DNA from: an uncultured bacterium
GTDB lineage: Bacteria; Verrucomicrobiota; Kiritimatiellia; PWTM01
Direction of reading: 5' to 3'
Length of the DNA: 64,000 nucleotides
Assembly: GCA_938005705.1 (NCBI GenBank)
Contig: CALLML010000059.1
Location: 931 to 64,930, forward strand
The notes under the pieces were generated by a model, which saw only the letters and a program-made list of their open reading frames with translations, was not told the DNA's origin and did no database searches. Shown here one piece after another: positions 36,993-46,739 of the stretch. Each line of letters opens with the position of its first letter. The stretch's first letter is position 1. A program made the translations under genes and the position numbers.

Positions 36993-37732
36993 GGTGTCAC
37001 GTCCGTGGAAATCTGTGGTACGTACGTTCGCTGCAGTTGAATACGGCCTTCAATTGGCGGGCCCGGCGCCAGGCGCCAGCGCCGAGCCGTTATGAGGATG
37101 TCGCGCCCCAGGGATGGCGGAGCATCGGAGGGAATGAGGGAATCCAGAAAAATGTTTTGCGGCACGCCCATTTCGTCAAATCGAATCCATAGGACGGCTT
37201 CCCAGGGGCGGCCGATATCCGAATTCGGCTCGTCAAGGTGGACGTCTCGCAGTCGCTGACGAAGGGCATCGTCCATGGCGTCCACGCGAACAACGAGTCG
37301 AAGTGCGGCGTTCGACATGAAGACGGGCGGCGCATACGGTTTCGGGAGAAGCCGTGGAGTGGGATAAGCCGGCAAGGCGACGGCACCGGCCATCTCTTCG
37401 CGCCCGGGGGGCGTTGTAAATACGCAGGGCGGTGTGGAGAAATCAAACGGCTGAGGCCGGACCGTCTCCGCCGGTCGTGTCCCGAATCCCACGCGGGAGG
37501 GCAGCGAAAACAGGACCGGCGACCAAATGACCCGCACGTCGGCCGCAGGCCTTTCAGGGTCGGCGGTCTCCGACACCGGCCAGTATCGCAACGTGGGAAG
37601 CGAGGCGGCAACGACGGCGGGCGGTACGGCGTCGTGTGGACGAAACCGGAGTAGGGGAGCGTGCCAGAGGATCGCCAGCATGACCGATACCAGAGTGGGT
37701 ACGGACAGTGAAAATCGGTGGCGGGCTTTCAT
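36989..37732 (-). CDS. TonB-like energy-transducer candidate (hypothetical)
   Basis: 247 aa. N-terminal TM anchor (VPTLVSVMLAILW), Pro-rich middle, C-terminal approx 70-aa segment in TonB-C position. Overlaps exbD by 4 nt. The family call is inferred from context. Confidence 0.5.
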   Translation of the reverse strand: MKARHRFSLSVPTLVSVMLAILWHAPLLRFRPHDAVPPAVVAASLPTLRYWPVSETADPERPAADVRVIWSPVLFSLPSRVGFGTRPAETVRPQPFDFSTPPCVFTTPPGREEMAGAVALPAYPTPRLLPKPYAPPVFMSNAALRLVVRVDAMDDALRQRLRDVHLDEPNSDIGRPWEAVLWIRFDEMGVPQNIFLDSLIPSDAPPSLGRDILITARRWRLAPGPPIEGRIQLQRTYVPQISTDVTP

Positions 37733-38175
37733 GGCCGAGGTTCCGGCGCCACCCGCGTGGCCAGAAGAACCTCTCGCAGGCCGGCCGCGGTAGCCATGTT
37801 GTAGATTTCCATTAGCTTGCCCTGCGGTACATTTTCGTCCGCTTCGATGATCAGCGGAATGTCCGGCTGATCATGGCGTGCCTGTGCGAACGAAAGCCGC
37901 AGGCCTTCGAGTGTCGTCCGCTGATCATCGAAAAACACCAGGCCTTCTTGGGTCAGGGTCACGACGGCGGCGCGGTAGGGTGCACCTTCGCCGAAAGGCG
38001 CCGCCGGAAGCCGCACACGGACGCCCGGTTGCAAAATGAAAGAGGATTGGACGAGAAACGCGAAGAAAACCAGCAGCGCCAGGTCGGCGAATACAACCGG
38101 ATCCCATCGGCCCGCCAAACGTTGGGTGACGGGGCCGAATCGCGGTGCGAAAAGGGGCGATGCGGGCAATTTCAC
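37729..38175 (-). CDS. exbD: ExbD/TolR biopolymer transport protein
   Basis: 148 aa. Single TM (FADLALLVFFAFLV), then a periplasmic domain ending IIEADENVPQGKLMEIYNMATAAGL. Confidence 0.82.
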   Translation of the reverse strand: MKLPASPLFAPRFGPVTQRLAGRWDPVVFADLALLVFFAFLVQSSFILQPGVRVRLPAAPFGEGAPYRAAVVTLTQEGLVFFDDQRTTLEGLRLSFAQARHDQPDIPLIIEADENVPQGKLMEIYNMATAAGLREVLLATRVAPEPRP

Positions 38176-38795
38176 GCGCGAGACTCCTCTTCCATTTGTC
38201 GTAAACGGCCGGTCAACTCCAGCGACGCCATTTCCATGTCATGAACGATTCGAGCCACTCGGCCGACAAGGACGTTATGGAATGTGTAGGCGGCAATGGC
38301 GAGGCCGAGGCCGGCCGCGGTGCTCAACAAAGCGCGGCGGAGGCCTTCGGCCAGATCGCCCGCGTGGACCAGCGGCGCCGCCGCGCGGAGCTGGAGCAGA
38401 GCTTCGGCGAGGCCAAGCACGGTGCCGAGCAATCCGAGCAGGGGGGCGATCTGTGCGATGGTGGCCAGGGTGCCGATGCCCGTTTCGAGCCGCCGAATTT
38501 CCACGCGGCCGGTCCGTTCCATCGCGAGGCGAATCGTCTCATCATCCGATCCGCCGCAGAGCAGGGCGGCTCGGACGATACGAGCCACGGGGCCTGGCGT
38601 TTCCTCACAGAGGCTGATCGCCTCGACGCGATTGCCGCTGCGGAGGACATTGAAAAGTCCCTGAAGAAAGTCGCCGGCGCGTATCTGGGCGCGATGCAAG
38701 TGAAATATCCGCAACAGAAAAACGGCCAGCGCAACGACACTCGCGAGCGCAATCACCGGCATCGTCGGTCCGCCTTGATGAATCCATGTTTCCAT
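38172..38795 (-). CDS. exbB: MotA/TolQ/ExbB proton-channel protein
   Basis: 207 aa from the ATG at 38795 (ggaga RBS). The ORF-track start at 39035 would overlap the TPR gene. Channel motif TIAQIAPLLGLLGTVLGL. Confidence 0.85.
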   Translation of the reverse strand: METWIHQGGPTMPVIALASVVALAVFLLRIFHLHRAQIRAGDFLQGLFNVLRSGNRVEAISLCEETPGPVARIVRAALLCGGSDDETIRLAMERTGRVEIRRLETGIGTLATIAQIAPLLGLLGTVLGLAEALLQLRAAAPLVHAGDLAEGLRRALLSTAAGLGLAIAAYTFHNVLVGRVARIVHDMEMASLELTGRLRQMEEESRA

Positions 38796-38820
38796 AATGC
38801 GGTTCTCCGTTTTCCGGCGA

Positions 38821-41352
38821 TCAGAATAGCCGCCAGTGTTCACGCCGAATGCGCGCTGCGCGTTCACGCGCATCCTCTGCGGCGGGACCACCGAGGTCGG
38901 CGACGCGGCGATAGACAGCGACGGCCTCTCGCCAGGCGTTTTGTTGTTCCAGCAATGCGGCCGCCGAGAATGCCGCCCGTGTGAACCATACCGCGGACCC
39001 GCCGCGGCCTTCTTCTCTTGCTTGCCAGAAGGCATAGACGACGTTCATGTATTTCGCTAGCGCATCCTCCGTGCGACCCATGCGCTCGAGGCATCGTCCC
39101 ATCTTGTATTCGGCCTGGGCCTTCATCTCTTCCGAAGTGCCCGGCGTTTCCATCGCTTGGCGGTAACAATCCAGCGCCTCGGCGAAGCGCGCGGGGTCCG
39201 CGGCGCCCAGCGTAAAGTGACAATCGCCCATCCGACCCCACGCTGCGCCGACGAGGTGGCTGTTCGGGTGTTGTCGAATCAGGCTTTCAAAGGCCAGGAT
39301 AGCGGCAGAGAATTCTCCGAGTTCGCTGAGCGCATCGCCTTGCGCAAAACGCATTTCTGCCCTCAAGGGACTGTTGGGATAATCGCTGGCGAGCTTGCCA
39401 AAATACTCCAGAGCCCGCCGGTGTTCCTTGTCAGCGGCGGCGGCGCGGCCGGCCCAATACAGGGCGCGATCGGCGAGCCGATGATCCGCATGTGCGGCCA
39501 CCAAATCGGCAAACGCCTTTTCCGCTTTGGCCCATTGACCGCGATTAAAATGGAGCTCACCGATCCAGAATAGAATCTCGGGCGTCCATTCAGATTGGGG
39601 CCGACGCTCGGCAAATTCGCGGCCTAGCCTCAATGCGGCCTCTTCCTCACCCAGCAGGAAAAGGCTCCAGACATGAAGGACGTTCGCCTGATCGGCCTCG
39701 GGCCTTCCGGGAAAATCGTCCGCGGTTCGGCGAAAATCCTCGATGGCCGCGCGATAATCGCCACGGCGATAACGCACACGGCCGCGGCCGAGGCGTGCCA
39801 GCACCATAAACGGCGAGGCGGGATAGTGTTCCATCAGTCGCTCATAGGCCTTCTCCGCTGCCGGCCAGTCGCCGCGGTCCTCTTCCAACAAAGCAGTGCC
39901 GTAGGCCGCCGCCACCGCTTCAGGCGCATCCGGCCACCGTGTGGCGACCATGGTAAAGGCGGCGTGGGCGTCATCGAATCGTCGCAGGCGGCGCAGACAT
40001 TCCGCCGTCTGATAGGCGGCGCGCGGCGTCTCTTCGGCGTCGGGGTAAATCTCGCCGAACTTTTGAAATAGTTGTGCAGCGGTCTCGTACTGGCCCTGAG
40101 CAAAACGGGCGTCGGCCGCCTTGAGCAGACACTCCCGGCGTTGGGCGGGATCGGTGAAAAGTTCAAACGCCGCTTCGAAGGCCGTCGCCGCCTCGGCCGG
40201 ACGCCTTAGATCCAGCAGGCACCATCCCCGCCCGCGCAAGGCCTCGGCGCGCGAGCCGGGGCTGGGAAACGCCTCGATATGGCGATCGAATTCCTCCAGG
40301 GCGCGTTGGAACGCCCCTCGCTCCCGCAGGGCCCGGGCCAGCATCAGATGGGATTCGGCCGCCAGCGGATCGTCCGGCGCCTCTCGGATTAACTCATGGA
40401 TGAGTTTTCCGCCCTCCTCCGTTTCACCACTTGAGATCAGAATACGTGCCCGCGAAAAACGGGCGCGCCGCTGCGCTTCGGGGCGATCCAGCAGCGGCAG
40501 GGCGGATTCAACCGCTTCCCGTGCGCCGGCCCAGTCACCGCGTACCTCACGGGCGGCGGCTTTCAGTAGCCATGCTTCACCGCGGACGGAGGCCGGCGCG
40601 GCATCGGATGCCAAGATCGGTTCCACTCGCGCTTCAGCGTCGTTCGGACGGCCTTCATCCAGATCAAGTCGGGCGCGCCGCAATCGTGCTTCGAAAGCGA
40701 CGGCGCTCTCGCCTCGCTCACGAATCAACCGGTCCAATATGGCGACGGCCTCTTCGGTAACGCCCTGCTCAGCCCACAATGCCGCGGCGTCGAGTCGCCA
40801 CGAGTCTGCGGCCGGGTGATCAGACCGGCGGTCGTCGAGCGCGCTGAAAACCGCGAGCGCTTCATCCGGCCGTTTCAGGCGGATCAGCACCGCCGCCAAA
40901 AGCCGCAGGGCCTCCGCTTCAACGACGGGGGGCAGGGAATGGGGCGCAATCTGGGCCAACGCCGCGACCGCAGTATCCGGTCGCTCGGCGGCCAGTCGAG
41001 TTCGCGCCAGCAGCATTAGGATTTCTCCACGCGCGCCGGGCGTGAAATTCTCTTCGAGAGCGGCTTGCAACGACGCCTCGGCCTCGGCAAAACGCCGCCG
41101 TTCGATACGAGCGCGCGCCTGCCACAACACGGCTTCCCGTCGCTCGCTCGTCGCTCGAGCGACGGACAGTGCCTCGTCAAAATATCGCTCCGCCAGCGGG
41201 AAAAGCCCGTCCTCATAGGCCGCACGTCCTCGCGTCATCGCCCGCGTGAAAGCGACCGTGGGCTCCTCAGGGCCGGCGTGCGCCGCCAGGACTATCACGG
41301 CGGACGCCATCCATGCCATGGCTCTTGGCGCGCTCATGGTCGGTCTCTTCAT
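38821..41352 (-). CDS. large secreted tetratricopeptide-repeat protein
   Basis: 843 aa. Signal peptide MSAPRAMAWMASAVIVLAAHA. Repetitive A/L/E/R-rich 34-aa-type helical repeats throughout. Confidence 0.85.
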   Translation of the reverse strand: MKRPTMSAPRAMAWMASAVIVLAAHAGPEEPTVAFTRAMTRGRAAYEDGLFPLAERYFDEALSVARATSERREAVLWQARARIERRRFAEAEASLQAALEENFTPGARGEILMLLARTRLAAERPDTAVAALAQIAPHSLPPVVEAEALRLLAAVLIRLKRPDEALAVFSALDDRRSDHPAADSWRLDAAALWAEQGVTEEAVAILDRLIRERGESAVAFEARLRRARLDLDEGRPNDAEARVEPILASDAAPASVRGEAWLLKAAAREVRGDWAGAREAVESALPLLDRPEAQRRARFSRARILISSGETEEGGKLIHELIREAPDDPLAAESHLMLARALRERGAFQRALEEFDRHIEAFPSPGSRAEALRGRGWCLLDLRRPAEAATAFEAAFELFTDPAQRRECLLKAADARFAQGQYETAAQLFQKFGEIYPDAEETPRAAYQTAECLRRLRRFDDAHAAFTMVATRWPDAPEAVAAAYGTALLEEDRGDWPAAEKAYERLMEHYPASPFMVLARLGRGRVRYRRGDYRAAIEDFRRTADDFPGRPEADQANVLHVWSLFLLGEEEAALRLGREFAERRPQSEWTPEILFWIGELHFNRGQWAKAEKAFADLVAAHADHRLADRALYWAGRAAAADKEHRRALEYFGKLASDYPNSPLRAEMRFAQGDALSELGEFSAAILAFESLIRQHPNSHLVGAAWGRMGDCHFTLGAADPARFAEALDCYRQAMETPGTSEEMKAQAEYKMGRCLERMGRTEDALAKYMNVVYAFWQAREEGRGGSAVWFTRAAFSAAALLEQQNAWREAVAVYRRVADLGGPAAEDARERAARIRREHWRLF

Positions 41353-41390
41353 TTTTCTGCTTATCGGCTCGCGATTCCTCGATGCGCTGA

Positions 41391-41513
41391 TACCGGTCGT
41401 CCCCTTATTGTCCTGACATACTCATTTACGGCGTTGCGGCCTCAGCAAGCTGAGGCCCATTCTTTGGGCGTGGCGCGCGAGCTTGTAACGACAATATGGA
41501 GAACATGAGTATG
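41391..41513 (-). repeat. intergenic structured repeat, copy C (internally deleted)
   Basis: ttattgtcctgacatactcatttacggcgttgcggcctcagcaagctgaggcc aligns with the reverse complement of copy A. About 25 nt are missing around hairpin 1. Its own 11-bp inverted repeat is gacatactcat / atgagtatgtc. Confidence 0.72.
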
Positions 41514-41522
41514 TCCCCTCCG

Positions 41523-44366
41523 TCAAGTCAGCCCCAACACCGCCCGCAAGGCCTGGCCGGTGTATGATTCGGGGCGTTGGGCCACCGCTTCCGGCGTCCC
41601 GGTCGCGACGATGCGCCCGCCGCCCTCGCCGCCTTCCGGTCCCAGATCAATCAAATAATCCGCGCGTTTGATCACGTCGAGATTGTGTTCGATCACCAAA
41701 ACCGTGTTGCCGGCGTCGCGCAGTTTCTCCAGGACATCCAACAGTCGGTGCACATCGGCAAAATGCAATCCCGTGGTTGGTTCGTCGAGCATATACAGCG
41801 TGCGGCCCGTTTCACGCCGGCTGAGTTCCGAGGAGAGTTTGACGCGCTGAGCCTCGCCGCCGGAAAGTGTCGTTGCCGGCTGACCGAGCTGCAGATAGCC
41901 GAGACCGACCTCCGAGAGGGTGCGCAGCTTGCGCTCGATCGCCGGAACGGCGCGGAAAAACTCCAGCGCCTCATCCACAGTCATGTCGAGCACGTCGGCG
42001 ATATTGCGGCCCTGATACCGCACTTCGAGCGTTTCGTGGTTGTACCGACGCCCACGGCACAACTCGCAGGGGACATACACATCGGGCAGGAAGTGCATTT
42101 CAATCCGCAGCATGCCGTCGCCACGGCATTTCTCGCAGCGGCCGCCCTTAACATTGAAGCTGTAGCGGCCCGGACCGTAGCCACGCACCCGCGATGCGGG
42201 CAAACGGGCGAAGAGGTCTCGGATTTGGTCGAAGGCGCCTGTATAGGTGGCCGGATTGCTCCGAGGGGTGCGCCCGATGGGCGACTGATCAATCGTCACG
42301 ACTTTATCCAGAAACTCGACCCCGGTGATCCGGCGGTATGCGCCGGGCTGCTCCCGCGACCCATAGAAATGCCGGTAGAGCGCGCGGCGCAGGATATCCT
42401 CCACCAAGGTGCTTTTGCCACTGCCAGAAACACCCGTGATACAAACAAAGAGACCGATGGGAATGGCGACGTCGATGTCTTTCAGATTGTTGGCCTGCGC
42501 GCCATGGATCTTCAGCCACCTTCCGTCGGGTTGCCGGCGGGCGGTGGGCGTCTGGATCGAGGTGGCGCGGTTGAGATATCGAGCCGTCAGCGAGCGTTCC
42601 TCGGCCGTCAGACCGGCTACTTCGCCGGCGTAAATAACTTCGCCGCCATGTCGCCCCGCGCCGGGCCCCAGATCGATGACCCAGTCGGCGGCGCGGATGG
42701 CCTGTTCATCATGTTCCACGACCACCACCGTATTGCCGAGGTCACGCAGGCGCTGCAGCGTCGCGATCAGCTTGCCATTGTCCCGCGGATGCAGACCGAT
42801 GCTGGGTTCGTCGAGCACGTAGAGCACGCCGACCAGGCCGGAGCCGATCTGGGTCGCAAGGCGGATGCGCTGGGCTTCGCCGCCGGAAAGAGTGCCGCTC
42901 TCGCGATCCAAGGTCAGGTAGTCCAGTCCCACATCCATCAGAAAACGCAAGCGCTGGCGGATTTCCTTCAGCAGCAGCCGGGCGATAGCTTCTTCCGAGG
43001 GCGTGAGCTCGAGCACGTCAAACCATCGGGTGGCCTCCGCGACTGACAGCCGGATGAGGTCATATATCGAGCGCCCGGCCACGGTACAGGCGAGCGCTTC
43101 GGGTCGCAGCCGTGCCCCATGGCAGACGGGGCAGGTCTGGCGACTCAGGTATGACCGCAGACGTTCGCGTGTGTATTCGCTGTCCGTTTCCTCTAATCGC
43201 CGCCGCAGGTTCGGAATGACCCCTTCGAAGGGTTTGGTGTACCGACGCCATGCACCGCCGCGCCAGAAGCCAAACTCGATTTCCTCATCTCCGCTGCCGT
43301 GCAGGAGAATCCGACGATGCTCGTCGGGCAAGTCCTTCCACGACGTGTTGACAGAGATACCGTAATGCGCGACGACGCCGCGCAACAGCATTTTGTAGTA
43401 CAGGATCAGGCGCCGCCCCCCGCGCCGCCACGCCTGGATGGCGCCGTCATCGATCGAGAGATCGGGGTTCGGGACAATCAGATTCTCGTCAAACACTTCC
43501 ACCGAACCGAGCCCATGGCATTCGGGGCAGGCCCCATACGGGCTGTTGAATGAAAAATGTCGTGGCAACAGGCTTTCAAAGCTCAGCCTGCAGGGAACGC
43601 ATGCATTCTTTTCAGAGAACAGTTTTTCGTAGGGGTCTCCGTTCGGCGGCTGGATCAGCCCCGTCAGCACGCCATCGCCCGTACGGAGGGCGAGTTCGAC
43701 GGAATCGGCAAATCTCGGTCGCGACTTTTCCCCGACTATCAAACGGTCAATGACGGCCTCGATGGTGTGCTTGCGTTTTTTGTCGAGCTTCGGCCGCGTC
43801 TCGATTTCGACGATCTCGCCGTCCACTCGCGCGCGAATAAGACCCTTTTTGCGCAGATCGTCAAAGACTTCAGCGTGCTCTCCTTTGCGGCCGGTGACGA
43901 TGGGCGCCAGTAGCGTCACGCGGCTGCCCTCCGGCAATGCGAGCAGTTGAGTGGTAATCTCTTCCGCCGTCTGGCGGGCGATCGGTCGTCCGCATTTCGG
44001 GCAATGCGGCCGTCCGATTGCCGCGAAAAGAAGGCGCAGGTAATCATGGATTTCCGTGGTGGTTGCGACGATGGAACGGGGATTGGCGCCGGCGGTGCGC
44101 TGCTCGATGGAAATGGCCGGCGGCAGACCCTCGATGTGGTCCACATCCGGCTTTTGCATCTGCTCAAGAAACTGGCGGGCGTAGGCCGATAGACTCTCGA
44201 CGAAGCGCCGCTGCCCTTCCGCATACAGCGTGTCGAAAGCGAGCGAAGACTTTCCCGATCCGCTCAGCCCCGTGATGACCGTGAGACGGTGGCGCGGAAT
44301 GCGCACCGTGATGTTCTTCAGGTTGTGCTCCCGCGCCCCGGCGACAACAATCCATTCAGCGGTCAT
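41523..44366 (-). CDS. uvrA: excinuclease ABC subunit UvrA
   Basis: 947 aa. GLSGSGKSSLAFDTLYAEGQRR, a second Walker A GVSGSGKST, two LSGGE signatures and zinc-finger Cys pairs. Confidence 0.97.
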   Translation of the reverse strand: MTAEWIVVAGAREHNLKNITVRIPRHRLTVITGLSGSGKSSLAFDTLYAEGQRRFVESLSAYARQFLEQMQKPDVDHIEGLPPAISIEQRTAGANPRSIVATTTEIHDYLRLLFAAIGRPHCPKCGRPIARQTAEEITTQLLALPEGSRVTLLAPIVTGRKGEHAEVFDDLRKKGLIRARVDGEIVEIETRPKLDKKRKHTIEAVIDRLIVGEKSRPRFADSVELALRTGDGVLTGLIQPPNGDPYEKLFSEKNACVPCRLSFESLLPRHFSFNSPYGACPECHGLGSVEVFDENLIVPNPDLSIDDGAIQAWRRGGRRLILYYKMLLRGVVAHYGISVNTSWKDLPDEHRRILLHGSGDEEIEFGFWRGGAWRRYTKPFEGVIPNLRRRLEETDSEYTRERLRSYLSRQTCPVCHGARLRPEALACTVAGRSIYDLIRLSVAEATRWFDVLELTPSEEAIARLLLKEIRQRLRFLMDVGLDYLTLDRESGTLSGGEAQRIRLATQIGSGLVGVLYVLDEPSIGLHPRDNGKLIATLQRLRDLGNTVVVVEHDEQAIRAADWVIDLGPGAGRHGGEVIYAGEVAGLTAEERSLTARYLNRATSIQTPTARRQPDGRWLKIHGAQANNLKDIDVAIPIGLFVCITGVSGSGKSTLVEDILRRALYRHFYGSREQPGAYRRITGVEFLDKVVTIDQSPIGRTPRSNPATYTGAFDQIRDLFARLPASRVRGYGPGRYSFNVKGGRCEKCRGDGMLRIEMHFLPDVYVPCELCRGRRYNHETLEVRYQGRNIADVLDMTVDEALEFFRAVPAIERKLRTLSEVGLGYLQLGQPATTLSGGEAQRVKLSSELSRRETGRTLYMLDEPTTGLHFADVHRLLDVLEKLRDAGNTVLVIEHNLDVIKRADYLIDLGPEGGEGGGRIVATGTPEAVAQRPESYTGQALRAVLGLT

Positions 44367-45250
44367 GCGGCCCGCAGGGCGGCAATCAGACGTTCCATCC
44401 GGCGTCCGTATTCGACGTAATTGGCATAACGCACGTCTTCGGCGGACTGGACGGAGGAGTCGTGAAACACCGCTTTCAAATGAGGTTCGATCGAGATGCC
44501 GCCGTCATAGCCGCGTGCCAGCAGATCGGCGATAATCCGCCGTACATCGCCGGCCCCCTCGCCGGGAAATGTATATTCGATTTTTCCTTCGGCGTTAATG
44601 ACGCCGTCCTTGATGTGGATATACACCACATGATCGCGCACATGATCGTAGAATTCCCACGAGGACTGGTGCGGTAGCGGCGGACGACGCGAATAATCCT
44701 TCGAAAAAACGGGATTGCCGGTGTCGAAAACCAGCTTCAGGCCGGGGACATTTTCGATTAGACGGAGAGTATAGGTCCATCCCATGCCGGCGTAATTCAT
44801 GCAGTTTTCGTGCACGGCGGTGAGCCCCGCGTCGGCAAACCGTCGTATGATCTCGCGGAGGCGGCGAAACCGCTCCTGTTCTTCCTGATCGTCGGGGTTG
44901 CGATCTTTCAGCACCGCGTAACTCATGATGCGGATCATCTTGGTGCCGAGGCGCCGCATGCGCGGGATCGCGCGTTCGATCTCCGCCAAGGTGATGTCGA
45001 ACGGGTCAAGTATGCTTTTGGCCCAGTTGGCGATGGTGGAACCGAAACAATTCACTCGGACCCCCGATTGCTCTAACCGCTCGCACACCTGGTCGAACAG
45101 GTCGTCGGGGATATCATGCAGATTCTGCGGTTTGGATCCGTTCACGGAGACGTTCCGTGCCTCTATATTCGACCATCCCAGTTCGCGCGTCGCGCGAATC
45201 TGTACGTCAATGTCAGGCGATGCTTCATCCGCAAAACCGGTCAGGTACAT
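44363..45250 (-). CDS. sugar phosphate isomerase/epimerase (xylose-isomerase-like TIM barrel)
   Basis: 295 aa. ATGA overlap of its stop with the uvrA start. Confidence 0.72.
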   Translation of the reverse strand: MYLTGFADEASPDIDVQIRATRELGWSNIEARNVSVNGSKPQNLHDIPDDLFDQVCERLEQSGVRVNCFGSTIANWAKSILDPFDITLAEIERAIPRMRRLGTKMIRIMSYAVLKDRNPDDQEEQERFRRLREIIRRFADAGLTAVHENCMNYAGMGWTYTLRLIENVPGLKLVFDTGNPVFSKDYSRRPPLPHQSSWEFYDHVRDHVVYIHIKDGVINAEGKIEYTFPGEGAGDVRRIIADLLARGYDGGISIEPHLKAVFHDSSVQSAEDVRYANYVEYGRRMERLIAALRAA

Positions 45251-45299
45251 GGTCTTCTCTCCGCTGTTTGTTGGGGTTTATCCTCCGGCAGCCGGCCAC

Positions 45300-46067
45300 T
45301 CAGGGATACCCCATCTGCTTAAGAAAGCGATAACTGGCGGCAAGACAGTCGAACGGGTCTGCGCCATAGCACTGATCCTGTTCGACCATCAGAAATTCCG
45401 TTCCCGCCTCTTCCGCCGCTTTGAAAATAGCGGGCCAGTTCAAGTTGCCGTCGCCGATGGGCGCAAATCGTGCGCCGTCCTTGGTCATGCACATATCCTT
45501 AACGTGGAGAACGGGGATTCGGCCGGCACATTTCTGAATCCAGGCCGTCGGATCACCACCGCCGGCCTGCACCCAGTAGGTATCAAGCTCGGCTTTGAGC
45601 AGCGCCGCCGGCGCGCGGCGGTAAAGCACGCCAAGCCATGTCTCGCCGTTAATCCGAACGAATTCATGGGCGTGATTGTGATAGCTGAAGTCAATGCCGG
45701 CCGCCGCCAGACGCCGCGCCACGGGTTCCAATTCCTTGAGAAAGCGATCAATGCCTTCCGCGCCGCGATATTCCGCCGGCAGACTGCCGATCGCGGCATG
45801 GCGACATCCCCACAACAGATGCTCTTCGATCACCCGATCGAGATCGTTCAAAAACCGCGACCAGGCCATGTGGGTAATGCCGCAGGCCAACCCGTTGTCT
45901 TTCAGCACCTTCGCCACTTCTTTCGGGTCCACGGGTCCCATGCCCGATATCTGAACGGCGGTATAGCCGATCTCCCGTATTTTGCGAAATGAGGCAACGA
46001 CGCCCGAGAGATCCTTGATGAAGTCACGAACAGTAAAAAGCTGAGCGCCGGCGACGGGTTTTGTCAT
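45300..46067 (-). CDS. sugar phosphate isomerase/epimerase (xylose-isomerase-like TIM barrel)
   Basis: 255 aa from the ATG at 46067 (aaagga RBS). FSYHNHAHEF and HVKD motifs of this fold. Confidence 0.75.
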   Translation of the reverse strand: MTKPVAGAQLFTVRDFIKDLSGVVASFRKIREIGYTAVQISGMGPVDPKEVAKVLKDNGLACGITHMAWSRFLNDLDRVIEEHLLWGCRHAAIGSLPAEYRGAEGIDRFLKELEPVARRLAAAGIDFSYHNHAHEFVRINGETWLGVLYRRAPAALLKAELDTYWVQAGGGDPTAWIQKCAGRIPVLHVKDMCMTKDGARFAPIGDGNLNWPAIFKAAEEAGTEFLMVEQDQCYGADPFDCLAASYRFLKQMGYP

Positions 46068-46440
46068 ACTGACAATCCTTTCGATGATCCTTTCGGCGCT
46101 GCGCGTCATCGGAGAACGACCAAATGTCCACGCCGAGCGCCTTTCCACTTTAACAATTATGGGCTTTTTTTGTTTGAAGGTCAAATCCCGAGCGTCAGTC
46201 AAATTCCATGAGCTGCGATGAAATCCGGCAGTCGTCCCCACCAAAAAAGGGAATTCCGGTTCGACGCAATGAAATTTGCCAGATCTTATGCGGCGTCGAA
46301 ACCCTCACAAACAGAGATCCTTGAAGTGGGCGAAGGCTTGCTTTGTTACTGGGGTGCGCTTGCTTGTCTGTGATTAATCGGAAAACCGGCGATTTCCTGG
46401 CCGCTGCGCTGTCGGCAAAGATCGCCAGCAGGGCCCTAAT

Positions 46441-46455
46441 TTCCAAAACTTGGAA
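46441..46455. promoter_or_regulatory. single TTCCAAA-A-CTTGGAA palindrome
   Basis: Read directly. One mismatch to the motif at 719-765 and 26893-26939. 28 nt beyond the 3' end of tRNA-Gly. Confidence 0.3.
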
Positions 46456-46482
46456 ATGCATCTGTGGAATGGGGGAGGGATT

Positions 46483-46557
46483 TGGAGCGAGCGATGGGAT
46501 TTGAACCCACGACATCCACCTTGGCAAGGTGGAGCTCTACCACTGAGCTACGCTCGC
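46483..46557 (-). tRNA. tRNA-Gly (anticodon GCC), CCA encoded
   Basis: The reverse complement is gcgagcgtagctcagtggtagagctccaccttgccaaggtggatgtcgtgggttcaaatcccatcgctcgctcca. Anticodon stem CCACC/GGTGG with loop TTGCCAA. Confidence 0.93.
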
Positions 46558-46739
46558 CTCTATTTGGATGCCGGAATCATAACCTGGCGCGCGGCTTCGC
46601 GCAAGCGTTTTTTCGCTTTTCCAAAACCCGGACTTTCATTAAGCATGATCGCACTGCGGAAACCGGGCCGGCAGGGCGCGGGTGCCCCGTCCGGCAATCC
46701 GAAATATTCTCCGCCGTTCCGGCAAGGAAATAAATACAT

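Noticed and set aside
38796-39035. Extended exbB start at 39035
   Set aside because: It would overlap the 3' end of the TPR gene by more than 200 nt with an Arg/Pro-rich extension. The ATG at 38795 has a ggaga RBS and gives a typical ExbB length.
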